From an uncultured virus (IMG/VR IMGVR_UViG_2061766007_001169) (taxonomy: Duplodnaviria; Heunggongvirae; Uroviricota; Caudoviricetes), in the IMG/VR virus record IMGVR_UViG_2061766007_001169: a DNA stretch of 64,000 bases; one strand, written 5' to 3'. Under the pieces are notes generated by a model, which saw only the letters and a list, made by a program, of their open reading frames with translations, did not search any database and was not told where the DNA came from. A program made the position numbers and the translations under genes. Shown here in pieces: positions 9,960-20,615 of the stretch (the first letter of the stretch is position 1; each line of letters begins with the position of its first letter).

Positions 9960-9996
9960 ATGTGTATATTGTATCATACACATTCACGGTTGTCAA
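9960..9996 (-). promoter_or_regulatory. Sigma-A promoter of arsR with overlapping inverted repeat
   Basis: TTGACA-17 bp-TACAAT with extended TG; ATGTGTAT-N8-ATACACAT straddles the -10. Confidence 0.75.
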
Positions 9997-10017
9997 TGTA
10001 TAAATGTAAGGAAAATT

Positions 10018-10060
10018 AAAAAAGCGTGTAGATTCAGCGAAATAGCTAAATCCACACGCC
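10018..10060 (-). terminator. Terminator after endolysin
   Basis: GCGTGTGGATTTAGC..GCTGAATCTACACGC followed by T6. Confidence 0.7.
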
Positions 10061-10079
10061 TGACATTTTCCTGATATAT

Positions 10080-11538
10080 TTACTTTGTTTTAGAGCAATA
10101 GTCGAGCGAAATCCAGCCTGCGCCGCTCTTTAAGCGTCCCCATCCTGCGGTCGAGCCCTTGCCGGACTTNNNNNNNNNNNNNNNNNNNNNNNNNNNNNNN
10201 NNNNNNNNNNNNNNNNNNNNNNNNNNNNNNNNNNNNNNNNNNNNNNNNNNNNNNNNNNNNNNNNNNNNNNNNNNNNNNNNNNNNNNNNNNNNNNNNNNNN
10301 NNNNNNNNNNNNNNNNNNNNNNNNNNNNNNNNNNNNNNNNNNNNGTCCAGAATCTTGAACGCTCCCTTTTGCGACTTGGAATCCGCCCAGGTCTTACGAA
10401 CGCGGTACCAAGCGATTGCCGTTTCGGATTCCTTCACATCGTACTGCGTGAGGTTCCATCGCTCGATGATGGAGCAGAGGTTCTGAACATAGGTCAGGCT
10501 CGTTGCGTAGCCGCCGTCCTTGATGATCTGCACGGCTTTCTTGTAGTCGGCGCAGCCCTTCAGACCATCATAGCGGAGTTTGCTGCCATTCTTTGCGTCG
10601 AGGAGATACGCACTGTGGTCTGCGATGGAATCCTCCACGCACGGGTACTTTCTGAAATCCGCCGTGATGGTTTCATAGCTGCCGTCAGCGTTCTGCTCCT
10701 TCGTCTGCTTGGTGTACTTGCTTTTGCCGTCCCAGGTCGAGCCGCTCCAGGTATTGCCAGAGAGGGAGCATTTCATGCCGAACACATTATTGGCGTTCTG
10801 CGCCAGTTCGCTCTTGCCGTAGCCGGATTCGAGGATGAACTGCGCCATCGAAACAGACGCAAGGATGCCTGTTTTCTTCTGATCCGCCGTAAACAATGTC
10901 CCTACACTCTTTACAACATCCGTCTCGGAAAGCCCGGAAAAGGCAGAAGTCTGTGTTCCCTGTGTAGTTGTGGGATCATCTTTACTATCGGTACCACTAC
11001 CGAGAGCCGCCGTGACCTTCTCGGCGAGATCGCCCATCCTGGCATACATCCAGTTGCCGGGACAGCTTTTGTTTGCGAACCACCGATGAACGGTCAGGAT
11101 CATCTCGCCGGACTTCGGTTCATAGTTCAGAGTTTTCTCCTTATCGCCGAACCACAGGAGTTTCGTCTTGCCGTTGCGCTTGCAGATGTCCACGCACAGC
11201 ATGATGAGCGTCTGATAAACGATGTTGCGGAACGCATACGGCTCCGTGGTATCAGATGCGCACTCGATGGTGATCGCCCTCTGGTCATTGGCACTTGAGG
11301 AAGAACACCAGGAGCGGTTCTTCTCCTCCACATACATACCGACACGGCCGTCCTTATCGATGCCGTAATTGCTGGATGCCTTTGTGGAGGTTTTTTCAAA
11401 CCACTCTCCAAGCCCCTCCGCCGTACACTGACCGACCACGCAGTGTGGAGTGATGCGGTCAATAGAATGCGTCCGCTGCCCGGAATGGTTCGGGCTGAGT
11501 TTGGTGTATGCCACCATAGAACTGTTTGTATAAGCCAT
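10080..11538 (-). CDS. Endolysin: amidase_2 + glucosaminidase (GH73-like) + SH3-like C-terminus (N gap)
   Basis: ITPHCVVG..SSNYGID..SWCSS..TIECA..HRWFANKSCPG; AQFILESGYG..NNVFGMK..GYATS; after gap WGRLKSGAGWISLDY then stop. Confidence 0.9.
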
Positions 11539-11960
11539 TACTCGTCACCGTCCTTTCCATCGGTGTCGCGGTCATGGAGCTGCTCCAGCACCGTCTTCAG
11601 CTTCTCCGGGATAGGCAGCCCAAGGTGCGCGGCGTTCTCCGTGAGCGATACTCCCTCGTTGGAGATGTAGAAAAAGATCACCGCCGTGCGCAGTACGCTA
11701 CCCGTGCCGATGACCTGCACATCGAGGATGTTAGCGATTCCCACAAGCAGGAAAATAAGCACCTTGCGGCAGATACCCTTGAAGCCCACCTCGCTTGAGA
11801 GCTTCTTGTCGGCAATGGCGCACATGACGCCCGTGATGTAGTCGATTGCCACGAACACCACAAGAGCGATGAGCAGACCGTCACAACCGCCGAGGAAGTA
11901 GCCGAGCCATCCTCCGATTGCCGCGATGATTACCTGAATGGTGTTCCAGAATTCTTTCAT
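11538..11960 (-). CDS. Phage holin (toxin secretion/phage lysis holin family)
   Basis: DYITG..SSEVGFKG..NEGVSLTENA..GLPIP; directly upstream of the lysin. Confidence 0.9.
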   Translation of the reverse strand: MKEFWNTIQVIIAAIGGWLGYFLGGCDGLLIALVVFVAIDYITGVMCAIADKKLSSEVGFKGICRKVLIFLLVGIANILDVQVIGTGSVLRTAVIFFYISNEGVSLTENAAHLGLPIPEKLKTVLEQLHDRDTDGKDGDE

Positions 11961-11991
11961 GAGATTTGTCCTCCTTTGCGTTTTTGGTATG

Positions 11992-12022
11992 AAAAAAGCG
12001 ACTGCCCGTAAGCAATCGCCGT
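11992..12022 (-). terminator. Terminator between the GH18 gene and holin
   Basis: GCGATTGC-TTACGG-GCAGTCGC followed by T6. Confidence 0.6.
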
Positions 12023-12058
12023 TTCCCGAAAGATAGTGTGTTGTATTGTGTTATAGTG

Positions 12059-13495
12059 TCAGACCTGTTTCGGCAGCCACTCCCACAGCCGCAAATCCTC
12101 CTGCCCAAGGGACCACATACACATCCCACGCAGTTTCCACCGATAAGCCGCTTCGTTCGCCCAATAGACGAGGGAGTCCACGTCCTGGTAATAGAGGATG
12201 GAGAACCCGTCCGCATCGCCGAGAAACAGTCTGGAAATCCAGATGTTGATGTCCATGGGAATGACGGTAGCCTGATAGTCGTTGCCGCAGGAAAGCGAGG
12301 TCATATCGTCCGAATGGAAGAAGTCGTAGTCCATCGAGATGTCCTCGCTCCTTGTGGATGATTCCTCCACGTCAGCCGTCAGCGTGAAGACCTGGAACTC
12401 GCTGTCCCATGTGCAGTTGCTCCTGCTGATACGGCCGTAGGATTTCTGCGTTCCGTCCGGCATGACCACATCGAACCGCTCATACGGCTCGTAAGTCCAG
12501 GCGTCCCCAAGACGCATCAGTTCGCAGACCGTCCTGTTGTCAGAGCGGTAACCTGCGTAGCCGCCGGAGAAACCGCTGACCGTTGCCGTGAACCGCAGCG
12601 TATAGGACGAGCCGGAATAAACGCGCACCTTGTTCCCACGGATACGCATCTCCACTGTGTACATATTCGGATCAGTCCGAAGGGCTGCGTTAGGCGTCCT
12701 CGTGATCTCCTGGCTGTAGCTGTCAATGAGTGTGGAGCCGTTGTATAACTCCACCGCCTGACTGTCGTAATTCAGACAGCAGAAAAGGTTACCGCAGAAC
12801 ACGCCCGCCTTGCCGCTCCCATCCGCCGGAAATGCCAGCCTTGCCCGCAGGTGGATGTCAGAAAAGCCGTCATATTTCCACGCAAGCTGTCCTTTGCCGT
12901 CAAGCTGTGAATAGACACGCTCCGTGGAATATTCATCCGACCGCCACACCTCAAAGGAGCCGGACAGCACCGACCAGTAGTTTGTTTCCAGAACGCCATA
13001 GTCCCGGAAATCCTCGTACCATACGAGAGCGGAATCGGGCTTTCTGCGGAGCATTTCAAGCGTCAGACGGAATCCACGGTCGGGACCGACTGGGTAGCCG
13101 TTCACGTCCTTGAATCGGCGCGGGGAGAAGGAATAGACCGCTTCTCCTGCGGACGGCTCTTCCGAGAAAGACGAGCAGACGCGGAAACCATAAAACTGCA
13201 CGCCCTTGACATCAACGGAAATCTTTATGGTATGCGTTCCCGCCGAAAGGCTCACGCCGCTTGCAAGCGTTGTCCAGAAGGTGCTTCTCCAATACGGCCA
13301 CCACAGACGGCTCTCCGTGAAGTGCGTGGTCGCTCCGTCCAATGACACATAGATTCCGTTCTTATCCCAGAAGGGATAACAAAGCCGCACCGCCACATCG
13401 TAAGTTCCCGCCGTGCTGACGGTAAAGTTATAGGTGACCGCTCCCTCATCACCGAGCGTGGCCACGCCGTTCTCAATGGATACGATGCCGGACGC
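12059..13495 (-). CDS. GH18 tail-region protein, C-terminal variant fragment (carries the true C-terminus)
   Basis: Near-identical to the 3' part of 14158-16518; begins at an N gap. Confidence 0.8.
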   Translation of the reverse strand, partial: ASGIVSIENGVATLGDEGAVTYNFTVSTAGTYDVAVRLCYPFWDKNGIYVSLDGATTHFTESRLWWPYWRSTFWTTLASGVSLSAGTHTIKISVDVKGVQFYGFRVCSSFSEEPSAGEAVYSFSPRRFKDVNGYPVGPDRGFRLTLEMLRRKPDSALVWYEDFRDYGVLETNYWSVLSGSFEVWRSDEYSTERVYSQLDGKGQLAWKYDGFSDIHLRARLAFPADGSGKAGVFCGNLFCCLNYDSQAVELYNGSTLIDSYSQEITRTPNAALRTDPNMYTVEMRIRGNKVRVYSGSSYTLRFTATVSGFSGGYAGYRSDNRTVCELMRLGDAWTYEPYERFDVVMPDGTQKSYGRISRSNCTWDSEFQVFTLTADVEESSTRSEDISMDYDFFHSDDMTSLSCGNDYQATVIPMDINIWISRLFLGDADGFSILYYQDVDSLVYWANEAAYRWKLRGMCMWSLGQEDLRLWEWLPKQV

Positions 13496-13505
13496 NNNNN
13501 NNNNN

Positions 13506-14147
13506 TGGGGAGAAGGAATAGACCGCTTCTCCTGCGGACGGTGCTTCAGAAAAGGATGAACAGACGCGGAAACCGTAGAACTGTACGCCCTTCACATCGA
13601 CCGAAATCTTCAGCGTATGCGTTCCCACCGAAAGGCTCACGCCGCTTGCCAGCGTAGTCCAGAAAGTAGTCCTCCAATACGGCCACCACAGGCGGCTCTC
13701 CGTAAAGTGCGTGGTCGCTCCATCAAGCGACACATAGATGCCGTTCTTGTCCCAGAAGGGATAGCAGAGCCGAACCGCCACATCATAAGTTCCTGCCGTG
13801 CTGACGGTAAAGTTATAGGTGACCGCTCCTTCGTCACCGAGCGTGGCCACGCCGTTCTCGACAGACACGATGCCGGATGCGCTTGCATAGTTGCCGCCGT
13901 CATGGTCGATGATGATGTTTTCAAACTCTGTTTTCTGCTGTTTGCCGTAGGCGGTCAGATAGTGCCTGCCATTGTAAGTCCCGCTCATCTGCGGGTACTC
14001 GTAGCTGTCGGCATCCCGTCCTTCCATGTAGTCGTACACATGAGGGAGCGCCCACGGCACTTTGTTGTTATCGTCCCAATAGCCCACGAACGGAATGAAC
14101 GGCTGCGGCGGCTCATCGTCCGTGAAGTTATACACGCCCTTGAGCCA
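13506..14147 (-). CDS. GH18 tail-region protein, internal variant fragment
   Basis: Third variant of the same segment, bounded by N gaps. Confidence 0.7.
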
Positions 14148-14157
14148 NNNNNNNNNN

Positions 14158-16518
14158 AAGGGAGTCCACGTCCTGGTAGTAGAGGATGGAAAAGCCGTCC
14201 GCATCGCCGAGGAACAGCCGCGATATCCAGATGTTAATGTCCACAGGTATTACCGTGGCTTGGTAGTCGTTACCGCAGGAAAGCGAAGTCATATCGTCCG
14301 AATGGAAAAAGTCGTAGTCCATTGAAATGTCCTCGCTCCGAGTAGAAGGCTCCTCTACATCAGAAGTCAGCGTGAATACCTGGAACTCGCTGTCCCATGT
14401 GCAGTTGCTCCTGCTGATACGGCCGTAGGATTTCTGCGTCCCGTCCGGCATGACCACATCGAACCGCTCATACGGCTCGTATGTCCAGGCGTCCCCCAGA
14501 CGCATCAGTTCGCAGACCGTGCGGTTGTCGGAGCGGTAACCCGCGTAACCACCGGAGAAGCCGCTGACCGTTGCCGTGAAGCGCAGCGTATAGGAAGAGC
14601 CGGAATAGACGCGCACCTTATTCCCGCGGATGCGCATCTCCACCGTGTACATATTCGGATCATCACGAAGGTCGGCGTTCGGCGTCCGCAGTATCTCCTG
14701 AGAGTAGCTGCCGAGGAGCGTTGAGCCGTTGTATAATTCCACCGCCTGACTGTCGTAATTGAGACAGCAGAACAGGTTACCGCAGAACACGCCAGCCCGT
14801 CCGCTGCCGTTTGCAGGGAACGCCAGCCTTGCCCGGAGGTGGATGTCCGAGAAGCCGTCATACCGCCATGCAAGCTGACCTTTGCCGTCAAGCTGGGAGT
14901 AAACTCGCTCCATCGAGTATTCCTCCGACCGCCATACCTCAAAGGAACCTGACAGCACCGTCCAGTAGTTCGTTTCGAGTACGCCGTAGTCACGGAAGTC
15001 CTCGTACCACACGAGAGCCGAGTCGGGCTTTCTGCGGAGCATTTCCAAGGTAAGACGAAAGCCTCTGTCGGGACTTACCATGTTGCCATCTACATCCTTG
15101 AACTGACGCGGGGAGAAGGTGTATGTCGCATCTCCGGCAGACGGCTCTTCCGAAAAAGATGAGCAGACGCGGAAGCCGTAAAACTGTACGCCCTTCACAT
15201 CGACAGAAATCCTTATCGTATGCGTTCCCGCCGATAGGCTCACGCCGCTTGCAAGCGAAGTCCAGAATGTGCTTCTCCAGTACGGCCACCACAGGCGGCT
15301 TTCCGTATAGTGCGTGGTTGCTCCGTCCAGCGACACATAGATGCCGTTCTTGTCCCAGAAGGGATAGCATAGCCGCACCGCCACATCATAAGTTCCCGCT
15401 GCGCTGACGGTAAACTGATATGTGACCGTGCCTTCATCGCCGAGCGTGGCGATGCCGTTCTCGATGGATACGATGCCGGATGCGCTGGCGTAATTGCCGC
15501 CGTCATGGTCGATGATGATGTTCTCAAATTCGGTTTTCTGCTGCTTGCTATACGCCGTCAGATAGTGCCTACCGTTATATGTCCCGCTCATCTGTGGATA
15601 GGAATAGCTGTCGGCATCCCGTCCTTCCATGTAGTCGTATACATGAGGGAGCGCCCACGGCACTTTGTTGTTATCATCCCAATATCCCACGAACGGGATA
15701 AACGGCTGCGGCGGCTCATCGTCCGTGAAGTTATACACGCCCTTGAGCCAGTTCTGCGCAGCATAGTAGGTCTGCGAAGTGCCGCGGTATGTCTTGCCGA
15801 TGTTCGCGGGCTTGTCGTATATCTGCCAGTTCCAGCCGTAGGCGGGCATTCCGAGGAACACCTTCTCCATATCCATGACCTGGGACGCATAGTCGTAGAT
15901 TCCCTCAAGCCAAGAGCGCGGGGATACCGGTCCCGGTGCGGAGCCAGCCCATGCCATTCCGTAGCTCATGATGGATGCGGTATCGCAGTAATTGTTGAGA
16001 TCGGCATACACACACCAGTTCTCACCGCCGACTGAGCCGTTGACACTCGTCATACCCGGCAGACAGATGTTCATCAGCTTGGATGAGTCGTATGCCTTGA
16101 CCGTATTGTAAATATTGCGGAACATTGCCGTGGACGCTTCGTGTGTGGAATAGCCATCGCCTTTCTCAAGGTCGATGTCCACACCGTCACACCACGGATA
16201 TTTCTGCATGATGCGGACGATCTCCGATAGGAAGGTATCCTGTGCGCCGTTCGTGTTATCTCTTAAGGCGCGGAAGATGCTGTTCGTTCCGTCATTCGCA
16301 ACGGTCAAGAGCCACTTGATGTGCGGGTACATATTGATATAGGTGAGCATATCCGATATGGCCACGCCCGTTTCGTAAATTTCCCCGGTAACCCTTACTT
16401 TGAAGGAGAATAGTCCGATCTGGCTGATACGGTCACCGTAGTTCCGAAGAGCCGTGTACATACGAGCGTTGCCCATGAAAGTCCACACCATGATTTTCTT
16501 TCCCTTGAGTACATCCAT
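14158..16518 (-). CDS. Glycoside hydrolase family 18 protein with large beta-rich insertion
   Basis: Catalytic DGVDIDLE, IMSYG, PGPVSP, KVFLGMPAYGWNW; truncated by gap. Confidence 0.85.
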
Positions 16519-17087
16519 CAGAGCAATTCACCTCCATCGTCCATTTCCTGCATCGAATATAAAAGCTGTGCGGATTTTCCCTGCGGCAACGACACAATGT
16601 GCTTGGAATCCCAAGCCGCACTGTACTGATAAAATCCGTCCTTCGTTTCCTTCGCGCCGTTCCTCGTACATTCCCGCGTTGATGCCAAAAGAGCCACATC
16701 GTCCCCGGCATACATAGCGTTCGGGAAGGTGGCTTTCTGGCCGCCGACTCCCTGTGCCAGCGTGACAGAGCCGCCCTCCATGTACTGTTTCGGATAGAGG
16801 TGGATATCAAGCCCCGCCGATGTGCTGCCGAGGTTCAAAAGGATAACCGTTTCTTCCGAGCGGACGATGCCGTTGAACCACACGGGAGCGTTCTCCGACT
16901 CCTTCAGACAGATCTCGGTGTGCGGAGCATAGCCCGTCAGCGCGGAACCTTCTTGCAGCTGAAGGTCGGTAAAATAAATCGTGCCGGAGCAATCGGTGAT
17001 GGTAGGAACCACCGTAACGCTCACGACACGCTTATCCTGCTTTTTGTTTACGACCTCCGCAAGGCGGATAAACGCAACATTACCCAT
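16518..17087 (-). CDS. Tail-region protein
   Basis: Coupled between tail genes; FTDLQLQEGSALTGYAPH motif. Confidence 0.7.
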   Translation of the reverse strand: MGNVAFIRLAEVVNKKQDKRVVSVTVVPTITDCSGTIYFTDLQLQEGSALTGYAPHTEICLKESENAPVWFNGIVRSEETVILLNLGSTSAGLDIHLYPKQYMEGGSVTLAQGVGGQKATFPNAMYAGDDVALLASTRECTRNGAKETKDGFYQYSAAWDSKHIVSLPQGKSAQLLYSMQEMDDGGELL

Positions 17088-17277
17088 CGAGCGTCCACTT
17101 GATCTCACAGGGATGTCCTACCCATCCCGTAGCGACCGCTCCCGCCTGGAGGAGTATGTCCGTCACATACAGTTTTCCCGTGCAGTTCGTGATGCAGATA
17201 CGGACGGTGATGGACTTGATCCTGTCCCCGTAATGCTCCGGCGATACTTTCGCCTGCGTTTTTGAAAAATAAACCAT
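17080..17277 (-). CDS. Small tail-region protein (65 aa)
   Basis: GGAGGTG RBS; in frame with upstream tail gene; paralogous to N-terminus of next gene. Confidence 0.7.
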   Translation of the reverse strand: MVYFSKTQAKVSPEHYGDRIKSITVRICITNCTGKLYVTDILLQAGAVATGWVGHPCEIKWTLDG

Positions 17278-17289
17278 AGCCCACCTCCG

Positions 17290-19815
17290 TCAGTACAGAT
17301 CGATGAATCGGCTCTCTGTCGTGCCGTCCTCGTATTCGATGATGACCTCGATGCCGACCTGGGAGGAATCAGACAGCTTCTCCAAATCCTCCGAGCCGAT
17401 CTGTGCCGAGATGGTATAACTGTCGCGGTTGGCGGGATACACAGTCTGCGATAAACTTTTCGTCATGCCGGATACGCCCTCCGCCTTGAAAGACGCCGTG
17501 CCGGACGCGCCGTTTTCACCATCGGCCACAAAGCCGGAACTCGTCCAGTAAGCAAGGCCATCGTCCGCTCGGGAGTTTCGCAGCAGGTTGAACGGCACCA
17601 TTTCACGGATATCATCGTTGGATACCATGCTTGTGCCTTCCAGCGTATCGGCGGCGTTGTCCCATTGACTTGCAGAACTGCCGAGGTTCTTCAGCGTGGT
17701 GGATAGTTCAAGTACCGTGTTCCAAGGCTCCTGCAGGTTGTATTCCCGGCGAACGATTCTCGTTGTGACCGAAATACCCAGTTCCTTGTCCTCTACACGC
17801 ACATAGTCCCCAAGTTCCCATGCTTCATGCTCGTAACCCGTAAGGACGGATAAATCCATAGCGTTCAGCACATAGGAAATGGTGGGCTTAGCGTACTGCG
17901 CAAGGCGCATCTCCGTATACTCCTTCATTTGATATGGATTTGTGAAAGACGAGCAGTCCAGCGTGGAAATGCGTATCTCGTTCGTATAGGAAAAGTCCTC
18001 CACATAGGGCTTGCCGTTGTTGATATCCGCAAAGGTCAGTCCGTCCGCGCCCACGGCATAGAGTCTGGTCACAAGGCTGCGGGTATCGACCACCCTCTGT
18101 ATAGACTTCATGTTCTTTCTGTAGGCGAACAGCGCACCGCTGTCCTTGCCGTTCACAGTCAGCAGATGCACGAGCCTGTTGGCGCAGTCAAAGACCAAAT
18201 CGCCGCCGTGTAAGTCTGCCACGTTTCGAAGGATGGAAAGCGCGTTTTTCTCGCTGCTCGTCCAGGTGCGTTTCGTTCTGACATTGACCGTGCCGACCGC
18301 CCATTCCGTGCCGGAAAGAGCGTAAGCCATAGCAGTTTCCGGGTACTCCGCTTCAAAGGTGCGCTCCTCTTTTCTGACAGAGAAAGTAAGATCGTAGAAC
18401 TCCGCCTCGGCATACACCTCCGTGACGGAACTGCCGTCTGTGTCCTTGCTGTCCGTAACCGTGCGAACCTTGTAGATATCGTCCACGATCTGTATCTTTT
18501 TCTCGCTGTCGATATATGCCCGTTTGCTGTCCCGGTAAGGAATCTTGAAGGAAAGCGTATCCTCACCGTTAATCTCGCCCGTTACGATGATGTCGTAGGC
18601 GTTCTCAAGAACAGCCTCCCATGCGCCGTTGCTGTCGAGAACAACGGGACGGGCATAGCCGATCTTCTCATAGGGAGAGCGAGGGATATCGTAAAGCCGG
18701 ATATCCACCACCTTCGGCGTCAGGCTCGTATCAGTTGTGGTCAGCGTTACCCGGAAACGGATGAACTCCCTGTTGGGAGATTGCAGCTTGCCGTCCGCAG
18801 GAACGGCCACCCAATCGCTCCATGTGACAAGGTCATCGCTTGTAGAAGTCTCAACAAGGGACATGGCGGTCGTGCCGGAGACATACTCGCTCGTCACGGA
18901 CACACGACCCGTGCCGGACAGGTTGCATTCCGCAGCCGCCGTAGTAAGGATGCCCTCAGTTGGATATACTCCGTTCGAGGCACGGAGCGTTACCGTTCCC
19001 GGCTCTGTAAGACCGTCCACATCGCTCGTGGTATCTCCGGCATTCGCCATGACAGCGGAGCGGAAATAATCCATGAGATCGTCTGCGGTCAGTTCCGAAT
19101 CACAGTCCAGAAACCAGTCGTCAAAGCCTCCCGCGTACCAGTAGGAACTGTTTAGCATACCCCAGATAAGGTCTGCCGTGCAGGAGCGGTTCAGTTCACC
19201 CGTGAAGGTCAGCGCAGACGATTTCCACGCCGTCCCGCTGTCCTTATCGCCGACCACGTACCAGGCTTTCTTGTTCGTTGGCTCGATCACCGCCGCGATG
19301 AAGTACCACTTGGCATTCTCCAAGGAAAAGGACGGCGTGACCGAGGTATCCAATATCAGGGAGCCGGAAGAATTGTAAAGCATCATCCTCGGCTTGCCGC
19401 GGATGAGCGACAGATAAAAAATCGGATTGCCCGTGCCGCCTCTGGTAGAGAGGATCGGTGTGTATGTGTTGCCTACGGAATAGGTGGTAGGACGCATCCA
19501 GCCGCCCACGATGATACGCTCCCCAAGGTCAGAGAAGATGCTGCCGTCATTCGTGACCTTCAGATAGGTCTGCTCCGAGGAGGGATTGTTGATGTTCATG
19601 CGGAAATAGGAGCCGAACACGCCGTCCACTAAAGATGCGGTCGTTCCTGTCCATTTGTTTATATATGCGTCCCTGCCGCTGCCGGAGGAATCGGCAAGAT
19701 AATATTCTCCCGTGGGAGCGTCCTCGTTGAAACGCCACAGGCCGCCCTTGGAATATTCTGCCGGGAACTCGCCCGTGAAGTCCGTCTGCTTGTTCAGTAT
19801 CGTTTTTAAGGACAT
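17290..19815 (-). CDS. Minor tail/baseplate hub protein (LamG-like N-terminus, prophage-tail domain, CBM-like C-terminus)
   Basis: 841 aa after Dit; GLWRFNE..KWYFIAA..GGFDDW; TRLYAVG; LGDYVRVED; NLLRNS. Confidence 0.85.
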   Translation of the reverse strand: MSLKTILNKQTDFTGEFPAEYSKGGLWRFNEDAPTGEYYLADSSGSGRDAYINKWTGTTASLVDGVFGSYFRMNINNPSSEQTYLKVTNDGSIFSDLGERIIVGGWMRPTTYSVGNTYTPILSTRGGTGNPIFYLSLIRGKPRMMLYNSSGSLILDTSVTPSFSLENAKWYFIAAVIEPTNKKAWYVVGDKDSGTAWKSSALTFTGELNRSCTADLIWGMLNSSYWYAGGFDDWFLDCDSELTADDLMDYFRSAVMANAGDTTSDVDGLTEPGTVTLRASNGVYPTEGILTTAAAECNLSGTGRVSVTSEYVSGTTAMSLVETSTSDDLVTWSDWVAVPADGKLQSPNREFIRFRVTLTTTDTSLTPKVVDIRLYDIPRSPYEKIGYARPVVLDSNGAWEAVLENAYDIIVTGEINGEDTLSFKIPYRDSKRAYIDSEKKIQIVDDIYKVRTVTDSKDTDGSSVTEVYAEAEFYDLTFSVRKEERTFEAEYPETAMAYALSGTEWAVGTVNVRTKRTWTSSEKNALSILRNVADLHGGDLVFDCANRLVHLLTVNGKDSGALFAYRKNMKSIQRVVDTRSLVTRLYAVGADGLTFADINNGKPYVEDFSYTNEIRISTLDCSSFTNPYQMKEYTEMRLAQYAKPTISYVLNAMDLSVLTGYEHEAWELGDYVRVEDKELGISVTTRIVRREYNLQEPWNTVLELSTTLKNLGSSASQWDNAADTLEGTSMVSNDDIREMVPFNLLRNSRADDGLAYWTSSGFVADGENGASGTASFKAEGVSGMTKSLSQTVYPANRDSYTISAQIGSEDLEKLSDSSQVGIEVIIEYEDGTTESRFIDLY

Positions 19816-19821
19816 CCGCCG

Positions 19822-20601
19822 TCACCTCCATCTGCTTTTTGCCTGTATCTCAAGGCTCGTAAACGTGGCGTTGTTCGCCGCCACAGCGATTGTATTGCCG
19901 CCGACAGAAAGTGTCGGAAAGTTCAGTTCCGAAAGATACGGCAGACCGTTCCGCAGGACATTGCCGTTTGCGTCCTCCACCCAGGCGGTCATCATTTCCG
20001 TATCGACCACCAGCGTTTCGGAAGAAGTGAGCGTTGCATTCACGATTTTCAGTTGTGAGCCGTTGGTGATAATTGTGATGTAATTGCTCACGCCGGAGGT
20101 AATAACGCCCTTGATGCGGTAAACGGGATGCGATTCAATATTTCCTTTCGTCCGTCTGACCGTATGCGACCCTGTGGAGGATATGGTGAACTCCTCGTCC
20201 TCCACTGCGTAGGCAAAGGGATCTGGACAGAAGAATTTCAAGTCGAAGCTGCCCGCCGAGCGAACGAGCAGCCTTTCACAATCCACCTTCTCATAGAGCC
20301 GTGCCATGAAGTACCTGTCTGGTACATCATCGAACACAAGCTGTTTCAGCCCATCCGTTGGATCGAGCCACAGGGAGATATCGTCCAGCACCGAAACAAG
20401 AGAAGCAAAGTTTCTCTTCGGAGCGATACTACATGAGACATTGATTTCTCTGTAGTCAAAATCCGCGCCGAAGTCCGCCACGCCGCTCTTGCCGGGGATT
20501 GACGCCGTATAGTTACGGAGTCCTCCGCACACCTGCCAGGAGGTGAGCCGTGCCTTGATGCCCATATCGGCAGACGCCGTATCGTTGTATATAAAGCCCA
20601 A
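19822..20601 (-). CDS. Distal tail protein (Dit)
   Basis: Follows TMP; LVFDDVPDRYFMAR..FFCPDPFAY. Confidence 0.85.
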   Translation of the reverse strand: MGFIYNDTASADMGIKARLTSWQVCGGLRNYTASIPGKSGVADFGADFDYREINVSCSIAPKRNFASLVSVLDDISLWLDPTDGLKQLVFDDVPDRYFMARLYEKVDCERLLVRSAGSFDLKFFCPDPFAYAVEDEEFTISSTGSHTVRRTKGNIESHPVYRIKGVITSGVSNYITIITNGSQLKIVNATLTSSETLVVDTEMMTAWVEDANGNVLRNGLPYLSELNFPTLSVGGNTIAVAANNATFTSLEIQAKSRWR

Positions 20602-20615
20602 AATCCTCACCTCCG

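Noticed and set aside
12059..16518. Triplicated GH18 gene as a real tandem array, shufflon or DGR target
   Set aside because: Every copy boundary is a 10-N gap, differences look mostly synonymous or conservative, and no reverse transcriptase or inversion sites are visible
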